Shown here one piece after another: positions 54,530 through 64,000 of a stretch of DNA of 64,000 nt. Origin of the DNA: Adineta vaga (Eukaryota > Animalia > Rotifera); assembly GCA_021613535.1 (NCBI GenBank), contig CP075494.1, positions 5,208,001 through 5,272,000 on the forward strand, written 5' to 3'. The translations under genes and the position numbers were made by a program. The first letter of the stretch is position 1; each line of letters starts with the position of its first letter. A model generated the notes under the pieces. That model ran no database searches. It was not told the DNA's origin and was given only the letters and a program-made list of their open reading frames with translations.

Positions 54530-57500
54530 ATGATGTCATCTCCATCATCGATTAGTACACCTGATGATTTGATCAAGACTTCAAATCGAAAACGCATAAA
54601 CAAGGATAGTTTATCTGATGAACAGTTCGAAGAAAGTAAAAGGCTAAAACTTTTGTCTATAAGTACAAGAACGGAATCTATCAAAACAAAGTTCAATAAG
54701 TACTCAAACTCTAACAACGAAACAACAGATCGTATAGATTGTCAATCTCAACCAAATCAACAGTTGCAAACGAAAAAATCACACGGAAAACAGATTGATT
54801 CATATAATGAATTTGGACTGCGTTGTCTTTCAGAATGCTCTAAAACAAGTACGCAAAATGGTGTATATTCGAAACAGATGACTATGAAGAAAAAAATGAA
54901 AAAACTCGAAAAAGATCAGTCAAAGTTTCATTCATCGCTCACCTATTCCAAAACACAAAAATCCAGTGATCAAATGTCTTTACAAAATAGTGAGTTTTTC
55001 CATTTTCATGTTATTATAAAACATATTTTTTACGATAATTAGACAACACACGAAACGTCACTGAAAATTCTCTTTCCGAATCACTACCATCAGCCATTAA
55101 CAACACCTTACCTGTCCATGACAAAGACTCAGGTATAGTTTCTAGAAATATTCTTCAAATCAGTAAATATAAATATGAAAAAATTGTATTTTATAACTTG
55201 TTTTAGATAATATTACAAACAAGAGATGTAAATATCGATTATCGACGATCAATGACAATGAATGTATAAATTTTGTAACATCAGAATGTTCTCATTGTTC
55301 TTCCTTATATTGTGCTGATCATCAGTTACGACATAAACAAGATGTACAAGAAGAAGTTAATTGTTTACTTGGTGAAGCAAAGGTTTATCGTTATTTTCTA
55401 CATAAATTTCATTTATTTTTTATTCTTTTATGTAGAATCTTATTTCTCAAATATCTTCATTGACTATTGAAAGTGGAAGAAAGGATTGTATTGAACAATT
55501 CAAACAATCGATGGAAATTATCATGAATGAAATCAAAGAAAAATGTAGACAATTTGAGAAACAAACGAACTATTTACATCAGTATATCGAAACGAATCGA
55601 GAGCAATGGAAAAACTCTTTGATAAAACAAATTGAAAATAATATCGTTTTGATCTTAATAAAACAATTGCAAATCACTGAAATCAATGAATCAGAAGTGA
55701 AGAATGCCAAAGAGAAATTATTACATATGCAACATTTTTTCAATGTACTCAATAGTAGAGAATTGATCAAAGTTCCAAGATTTGACGATACTACAACAAA
55801 GATCAAGATACCTCGTTTGATTTTCTCGAATGAAATTGTAGATGAATTCTCATCCGACGATAATTCTGAAATCAAAGAATACTTAAAACAACAAAATATT
55901 GATACTGATGGTAAAATAAACTGTGGAAAATCAAATGGTAAGTATAGTTAATTGAATAGATAAGATAGTTGTAACATCCTATACTCTGATAATACGTCGA
56001 CGATTTGGTTTAGATTCAAATGTTCTCGATACAGCTGTGTTGAAGATGATCGAACACGACGCAGATGATCATTCAAATATAAAAACAGCGACTCAGGTCT
56101 GATGCTTTCTTTGATTTTAAACTTGCCTAATCAGATATGTTCTTCTCTTCAGATTGATATCGTTGATAATGTCGGATCTGAAAATGAAAATACAATATGT
56201 AATCGAAAGAATAATCTGGAATTTCAATCGATTTTAAGCCCTCTGGTTCATCGTTTGTCAAACGAAGATATGGTAAGTATGATATAATTTTTACTTGACG
56301 ACATTCTTTTAGTTGAATAGGCAATGTATGTTTTAAATTCATTTATATCAAGTTTGAAAGCGTTATTCTTTGCAAATCTTATTCATAAATACAATATGTA
56401 GAACTATTTTGTTTTAGAGTCACTTAGAAGATAGTTTAGCAGAATCTCATAAAGATCCATCGGATTTATCAACTTCAGCTAATGTAACAGTTGGAAAAAG
56501 AGTCTCAATTCATGGAAATGTGATCTTAGTTGTCAATGGTTATTCTTTTTACAAGAAATATCTTAGTCAGAACCAAAAGAAAAAAGTTTGGAGATGTATG
56601 GTACCTACCTGTTCTTTGATGTTACATACTACTAGCGATGATAAATTCATACGTTTTTCTCGTAAGAACGGTGATCATCGACATCCAATAGAAGAAGCAA
56701 CATCTAAACGAAAAAAAGGTAAAACGACATCGATCGATAATCGTATTCTTTAGTATTCGTGAAATATTTTGATACTTTTCTTTATATTTTTTGTTTTTGA
56801 AGAATTGGTTTCAACAAGACATCATGGAGTTAAGGATCGTCCACTGCCACAGTCATCTTCTTTTCGTATACCAACAATCTATAAAAAACATATTTCAAAT
56901 GGCGTCCGATCACTATTACACGATAGCGACATCAAGAACCGTGCTTCCAAACATTTAGCACATATACGATCAGTGGGTAGAGTTTTGATATGGGCATCCA
57001 AATCTCACTTGAAATTATTGTTCAATAGCGAAAGATTGTATATAGCTGACTCTGGTTGGAATGTACCGCCGTATTTTGAACAGTTACTTGTTATTCAAAT
57101 ATGTTATAAAGGAATATGTAAGTTTTCTTTAGTTTACGAAATATCTGAATACTTTCTCTATGTTTTTCATTATACAATAGGGATGCCAGTAGTACATGCA
57201 TTACTTCCTGATCGTAGTGCACTGACTTACGTTTATTTGTTCGATGTTCTACGTCGATCAGCGAAGAAATTTAATAAAATCTTTAATCCATTATTAATTA
57301 TGACTGAAATCGACTTGGGCATGACACACGCTATTGAATTAGAGGTATATTTATTTGGGAAACTATAATTATTAAAATTGATATATTCTTTTGATTTGCA
57401 GTTTAAGCCAAATACCGTTCAAAAACGTTGCTTTTCCTCTTTCATTGATATCCTTTTCAAACATGTTGAACAACTCGATTCATTAAAAGAACATTTAAAT

Positions 57501-58053
57501 GATCCCGAAATACATAGTGCTATTCAACACATCATAGCATTGGCTCTAGTTCCACCACAACATGTTTTACTTTTATTAAATAATTTAGAAAAAGCCCTTA
57601 CTCAATCAAATTATGACAGATTAAGTCATTTATTTTCATATTTTCGAACAACATGGCTGCCGAACTTATCGTTATGGAATGTATTTGATCTTCTCGAAGG
57701 AGTCATTAATTACAGAGAAAGTATATAATAAGTCAAGTAATAATTGTAATATCTCATTGAATTGTTTAACATTCTGTTTAGATTATAAAAAGAGATTCAA
57801 ACGAATATGGAATATCAATCCTTTGACTATGTGGACTTTTATGAATTCAATTCGAGTGGAAATGAATGCAGTGGATGAATTGATTGTGGAACTAGACGAA
57901 AGACAATCAATATATGTCTCTGAATGTAAAAACACAGCTATCGAAAAAATGAATCGATTACGTAATCTCTTCATTGCAAAAGAAATTACACCAAAAGATT
58001 TATTGGATGAACTTTCGTATCTTGTAGATGATTTTCGAGAAACGAACAATTAA
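54530..58053 (+). CDS. B-box-like/coiled-coil protein fused to FLYWCH and a degenerate MULE transposase domain, multi-exon
   Basis: CSHCSSLYCADHQLRH and a coiled coil paralogous to 46 kb; FLYWCH VVNGYSF...WRCMVPTC...HRHP; MULE-like LIWAS...LLFNSERLYIADS, PVVHALLPDRS..TY..LF, IIALALVPP, LFSYFRTTWL..WNVF. Confidence 0.8.
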
Positions 58054-58370
58054 TCATATCGATGTTGATCATTATTGTGTATGTTTTTATTAATAAAAAG
58101 TATACAGTGTAAACATTAGATTTTGTTAAAATCAACCAATAGGTGTAAAATTTTTATCAATATACCAATGATTCACATTACTTTTGCATAGTAATCACAG
58201 TTATTCTATCGTTCAATATGAAAATGTTATCTGTCTGTAAATACATCAGAAAATGAATAGTAGATAGTATAAATTTTTCTTATTCTATTTATTATTTGTA
58301 ATGCAGAAGTTTGTATAATAAAATAAAATAAATCAGTTATTTAAGACCAAATTATTTGTTAACTTTCTAC

Positions 58371-59490
58371 TCATAACTCCGTTCTCGTTTGATTTCTTGT
58401 CATTTGTATGGGTTGAATGGTATTTTGCATTCGAAATCGATAACAAAGAAGTCTTCGAAGATTAGATTGTCTTCTAAACACGTCATTATAAGCTTCAGAA
58501 GTAAAAATAAACAAAAAGAACGTTGCTGCTTGAGGTATATAAATGATTAAATTTGCTGCTGTATTAAGTCGTAATAACCATTTGAGAGATATATTCACAC
58601 ATGAAAACTTTAATGTCAATATCAATTGTGGCAAAATACAAATCTTCAATTAAGCAATATAAATATATATATCACTAGATTCTCATAGAAACAAAAAAAT
58701 GGTTACTTACGAGAGCAACTGTGGGTGCTACAAAGAGATGACGATGACGACGAAAATTACTTCTCCATTCACTCCAATAAAGTCTTTGATGAAGAATTGC
58801 TCTTCGACGACTAATAGACGTTAAAATCAAACAATTTGCTAACATATACATTGTGAATGGAGCAAATATGTGTGTAAATGAAAATATTGTATTTAAGAGT
58901 AATAATGGTGGAGAATATTTTATTTGACATATATAATTTCCTGGGAGCAATGGATCAGGTAGTGATACTCGACTAATCAATTCATGTACATGCATCAATG
59001 GCACACAGATCACAATAAATATGATCTGTTTGATGGCAGCTGATGGTGAACGAATTTGATTTAAAAGAGCAGTCGCTTCAAATGATTGTAATGATCGTTG
59101 TAAACCAATCAATCCATTTAACCAGACACAAATACGAGTAAAGATCGATGCTAAACCAGATACTACATTACAAATGATAAATGACCCGGTATAATCCAAA
59201 GAATCGAGCATTCGAATAAGTCGACATTCTAACATTATGATCCCAAATATAGAACAACAACTATATGCGATTAAATATATTCCAACTGTTGTTGATCGAA
59301 TTTGTATTTGACGAAATGTATCAAATGAGAAAATATTCGATACAAGTCCAAATAAAGTTAATAATGTTACAGAAAATACGTAAGCAAACGTCATCCTTGG
59401 TCGTTGATCGGAACTTTCAGAACGAATATCAGATGTCATACCTGATACAAGACCAAGAAGAAAAATATTCGTTGAATTATCACAACTCAT
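58371..59490 (-). CDS. Orphan 7TM GPCR-like protein, 2 exons
   Basis: FGLVSNIFS (TM1), GIYLIAYS, ICNVVS, GLQRS, HIFAPF; second exon ICILPQLI...YIPQAATFFLFIFTSEAY. Confidence 0.78.
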
Positions 59491-60144
59491 ATCGACAGTG
59501 CAGTTAGACGTAACTCAGAATGTAATGCTTGTCACAACCAGTAGTTTTACATCTAATTTTCACTCTCATTTAGTAATATCTGTCAACTAACAGTGACATT
59601 TTATATCTTCTTTTTACTTAATGCCATTGCAAATTCGGACCCTTGAGCTACTGAAAAGAAGAGAGATTAATAATCTTATGACTTCATGAAAAGTTTTTCA
59701 ATTTACTTTTATCTCTTTGACGACTAATTATCTCATTTCAATGTAAGAGACAAAAATATATCAGATGACAATTCAATAATAATATAAAATGATGATTTAA
59801 TCATCTTTCTGATGTGATAAACAAGGATTTATTTTTTAAACAGAATCGATTTATGTTACACATAATACGATCAAAGCACGTACTCAATACTTAGAACAAA
59901 CGCTGGAACTTTTAAGAAAGCATTTATCTTCATTTGTTCAAGAATAAATTGTAATTTAAGATGAAATGAACAGGTGCTAGAAAGATTGTCTATGATTTCA
60001 TTTTCTAAACAACTCAAGGTTAGTGTAAATTGATATGAATGATACAAAACTATCAAAAATAAGGGTAATTAGTTTTTTTATCTAAGGTAAGAATGATTTC
60101 GAATTGTGTTTCATCACTTCTTTTTTTTCATTCACAAAAAAACA

Positions 60145-60898
60145 ATGGCCACGATTAAAATATTCCTGTTTTTATCCCTTCTCTTGATCTCAGGTAAAGA
60201 ATTCTGTTTTTTTGTTTTGTTTTCGGTAACAGTGTTTCTATATGATCAAGTTCAGTTGTGGATAGTCGAGCCATTCGTCATCGACGACAAATAGCACCGA
60301 GACAAACAGGACAAGATGTGAGTAATTATGTATCAAATGGTTTCAATACTATTCGAGATACGGTAGCACCAGCAATTGGTTATACTACTGATCGATTATC
60401 TCAATTTTGGGATCGTTATAAACAAAACGTTAATCAAGGTGTCAATCAGATTGGCCAAACTTGGGATCAGTATAAACAAGGAATCAATCAAGGAATCAAT
60501 CAGATGGGTCAAACTTGGGATCAATATAAACAAGGATTCAATCAAGGTTGGAATCAATTTTCACAAAACAGTTATCCACAATATCCTCCAAACTATGATA
60601 ATCGAAATTATGGATATAATCGTGAGTGATTAATCTAAACATTAGTTTTTTTTCAGTTCTATCCTTGTTTCATTCATCTATTATAGAATATCCTAATTCA
60701 ATGAATAATAACTACAATAATCAACCATACATGAATCCAAATTATGGAGGAAGAAATGGACCATCAAATGCCAATACTCCTTACAATACCGGAAATCAAT
60801 GGTATCAAAACTATGGTCCTCAACAACGTTCAAATGGCTACTATCAACCTAATCAACCTATAAATACGTATCAAAGACCATTCGCCCAACGACGCTAA
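60145..60898 (+). CDS. Secreted Q/N/Y/G-rich repeat protein, 3 exons
   Basis: Signal peptide MATIKIFLFLSLLLIS, RHRR furin-type site, three 18-aa repeats (QTWDQYKQGINQGINQMG-like), N/Y/P/Q-rich tail. Confidence 0.75.
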
Positions 60899-61432
60899 GA
60901 ATCAAAGATTTCTAAATTCACTTTTTTTTTTAATTTAAATCCATTCTATTCCGTCATAACAAAGTTTTTTCTCGTAATTTCGATGCAAAAAACGTGATTT
61001 GATTTGATTTTTTTCTTCATTCAAGGTAAATAAACAATTAGACATAATGTCGTATTCAATGGCGCATGTTTAAATATATATTTCTAAAGCATCAATCGAT
61101 TGCATAATTATTCCTATTTTTGCATTCCCTTACAATTAATAAACTGATACTTTGCTTAGAACGCGCAAGAAAAAGAACGCACGTGTAATTACTATTTATA
61201 TGCCTGTTGATTTGTTTTTCATTTCAAGCATGCGTATCAACATAGAACGAAATAAGCAATAACAAAAAAGCATATTATGAAAAGAAAAAAAAAACGTCAA
61301 AGAAAAAGAAAATCGATGACACATCTCTTTTTCACATCGCATTTTGACGAACACATACATCATATTTATCTGATGTACATTTATAAACGTAATTAATAGA
61401 AGCGAAACTTGGAAATTAATCTTTATTTAATC

Positions 61433-64000
61433 ATGGATAATTCAGAAGATATAATTCTCCTTGCCTACGATCCAGATCATCAATTGAATGATTTATTCAT
61501 TCGAATCAAACGAAATGTCGTTGTTCATACAGAATTGGAATCTTGCATGGATTTTATGCAATCAATAAATAATAAAACGATTTTTTTAATTATTTCGGAT
61601 TTATATCCTTCGGAATTAATCTCATTCGACAAAGTGACGATGGCATTTATATTTTCGACAGATAACAAACAGGATGAATGTATGATTGATGGGAATGCAA
61701 AGATTATTGGCTTTTATAATGAATTTCAATCATTAATATTATCAATTGAAAAACAAATGGAATTTTATAAAAAACAATCATCGATCTGGTGTTTTTTTGA
61801 TCCAGATAATTATGAAAAACGAGATCTATCAAAACAATCGAGTCCTTTTCTTTGGCTTCATCTTTTTCATGATGTTCTTCAACATTTTCCTCATGATCAA
61901 AATGCAAAAAAACAACTGTTCGATACGTGTCGTCAGTATTATAAAGATAATTGCAAAGAATTATCATTGATTGGTGAATTTGAATTGAATTATCAATCAA
62001 AAGAAGCAATCAATTGTTTTTTGAAATATTCATTTCTTCAAAAAATTATTCATCAAGCATTTAAATTCGAAGATAATGATCAACTTTATCAATTACGATA
62101 TTTCCTACGTGATTTAATCGATTGTATAACTACCGACATTGAAATTCATCAAGAAACATTCATTGTCTATCAACAAATGAACGTATCTCCTAAAGAACTG
62201 GAACAATTAAAGAAAAATATCGGTAAATTGATTTGTATGAAAAAATTTCTAACTGCTTCACGAATTCGTCCATCAACTACTTCCGATATTCTTTTTCAAA
62301 TTGAATGTGATATCAACGATGTTACTTTTGCTGATCGGAATTCGATGATTCTATTCGACATCAATACAACATTTCGAATCGAATCTATCAACGAAGATAA
62401 AGTATTGAAATTAATTGCAGTTAATGATGGCAAATTGATTACACAAAAATATCTGGAGGATACTCAGCGTCAAACTGATAATCTCAGTCTTCCGATTATA
62501 TTTGGTCGTTTCATCTTAAATATGTGTCAATGGCATCAAGGTGAAAAATATTTCCAACATTTATTCACTGATTTACCTCATGAAGATATTTCTTGGATTG
62601 AACACAATCTTGGACACGCCTATCATTGTAAAGGAGAATGGATTGAAGGACGAAAACATTATGATCGTGCTTATCAACATATGATTCAATCAGATCCAGT
62701 TCGAACAAAAGATTCAGCTGCTGTTCTATGCAGTATTGGAGAAATTCTACATTTAGAAGGTAATTATCAAGAAGCTTATCATATTCATCAACAAGCATTA
62801 GATATTCGAAAGAAATTTTATCCCGAAGATCATATAAATATTGCAGCAAGTTTAGAAAATCTTGGTTTAATCTATCATCAACAATTACAATATGATGAAG
62901 CACTTGAATATCTTTATCAAGCTTTGACGATACGAGAAAAATATTATAATTTATTTCATATTGATGTTGCTATTAGTTTGACAAATATTGGTTGTGTTTT
63001 TACAGATCAAGGTAAATATAAAGATGCATTAGATTATCATCAACGAGCAATGAAAATCTATGAAAAATATTATCAATTTGGTCATATTTACATTGCTTCA
63101 ACATTAAATAATATCGTCGATGTTTTATATCGACAAGAGAAGTATGAAGAAGCAACCCATCTCGTTCAAAAAGCACTAGTTATGCAGAAGAAATATTATC
63201 CATTTGGTCATATTGAATTAGCAACTAGTTTAAGTAATATAGGTAATATTAAATATGGTCAAGGCAAATATTCTGAATCATTAGATTATCATCAACAAGT
63301 TTTAACTATTCAAATGAAATATTATATAACAGATCATATTAGTATTGCATGTACGTTGAATAATATTGCTTATATACTTTTAAATGGAAAAGAAAATTAT
63401 GATGAATCACTTGATTTTAATCGTCGTGCTTTGACAATTCAACAGACACATTATCCCACATTTTTAGGTCATATTGCTCAAAGTTTAATATATATTGGAA
63501 GTAATTTAAGTAAACAAGGAAAATTAGATGAAGCACTCGATCATTATAAACAAGCATTGATGATGCATGAAAAATATTATACTTCAGATAATATTAATAT
63601 TGCGCATAGTCTTGCAAATATTGGAACTATTCTTAGTGATCAAGGTGATTATGAACAAGCACTTGATTATCATCAGCGTGCTATTAAAATTTATCAAAAA
63701 TCTCATCCAGCTGATCATACTTATCATGCGAGTAGTTTAAATGATATTGGAAAGATTCTTTATCGTTTAGGAAAATATAGTGAAGCATTTGATAAACATG
63801 AAAAAGCACTTGAATTACAACAGAAATATTACAAAGCTGATAATGCACATACAGCAAATAGTTTAAATCATATGGGTATTGTTCGATATGGCGAAGGAAA
63901 ATATGATGAAGCTGTTCTATATTATCAAAAAGCTTTAGAAGTTTATGAAACATATTCTCCATCGCGTCAAAATGATATTGCAACAATACTTAGTAATATT
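61433..64000 (+). CDS. Degenerate ART-domain protein with long TPR array (3' partial; absent from the ORF track because there is no stop in the window)
   Basis: Open frame from ATG 61433 (MDNSEDIILLAYD...RDLSKQSSPFLWLHLF...AKKQLFDTCRQYYKDN...LFQIEC...TTFRIESI) followed by more than 10 repeats of about 42 aa of the H.NIA.SL.NIG type. Confidence 0.88.
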   Translation, partial: MDNSEDIILLAYDPDHQLNDLFIRIKRNVVVHTELESCMDFMQSINNKTIFLIISDLYPSELISFDKVTMAFIFSTDNKQDECMIDGNAKIIGFYNEFQSLILSIEKQMEFYKKQSSIWCFFDPDNYEKRDLSKQSSPFLWLHLFHDVLQHFPHDQNAKKQLFDTCRQYYKDNCKELSLIGEFELNYQSKEAINCFLKYSFLQKIIHQAFKFEDNDQLYQLRYFLRDLIDCITTDIEIHQETFIVYQQMNVSPKELEQLKKNIGKLICMKKFLTASRIRPSTTSDILFQIECDINDVTFADRNSMILFDINTTFRIESINEDKVLKLIAVNDGKLITQKYLEDTQRQTDNLSLPIIFGRFILNMCQWHQGEKYFQHLFTDLPHEDISWIEHNLGHAYHCKGEWIEGRKHYDRAYQHMIQSDPVRTKDSAAVLCSIGEILHLEGNYQEAYHIHQQALDIRKKFYPEDHINIAASLENLGLIYHQQLQYDEALEYLYQALTIREKYYNLFHIDVAISLTNIGCVFTDQGKYKDALDYHQRAMKIYEKYYQFGHIYIASTLNNIVDVLYRQEKYEEATHLVQKALVMQKKYYPFGHIELATSLSNIGNIKYGQGKYSESLDYHQQVLTIQMKYYITDHISIACTLNNIAYILLNGKENYDESLDFNRRALTIQQTHYPTFLGHIAQSLIYIGSNLSKQGKLDEALDHYKQALMMHEKYYTSDNINIAHSLANIGTILSDQGDYEQALDYHQRAIKIYQKSHPADHTYHASSLNDIGKILYRLGKYSEAFDKHEKALELQQKYYKADNAHTANSLNHMGIVRYGEGKYDEAVLYYQKALEVYETYSPSRQNDIATILSNI

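Overview
Eukaryotic, very AT-rich, gene-dense animal DNA with many short (about 50-70 nt) GT-AG introns. The gene content (ART-TPR proteins, lone F-box proteins, orphan 7TM receptors, several foreign-looking genes) suggests a bdelloid rotifer; this is inference. The left part (about 4-28 kb) holds conserved metazoan genes: a class-2 DYRK kinase, B9D1, a gulonolactone-oxidase-family enzyme, RFX, IFT57, CCDC12 and MOB2. It is interrupted by a transposon-debris zone (15.6-19.5 kb) with a decayed Ginger/KRBA2-like integrase, two related MITE-like repeats and a Helentron-type element. The right part (about 31-64 kb) is accessory. It contains a fungal-type rhomboid, an ARF GTPase fused to a duplicated unknown domain, a TauD dioxygenase, a membrane-anchored 8-Cys defensin-like protein, an F-box protein, a P450, two ADP-ribosyltransferase-TPR genes (one catalytically intact, one degenerate and cut by the window end) and a TRPM channel. 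Two paralogous B-box/coiled-coil genes flank the TRPM gene; one ends in LRRs and the other in a domesticated FLYWCH-MULE transposase. Exon boundaries were inferred by eye, so multi-exon CDS coordinates are start-to-stop spans.
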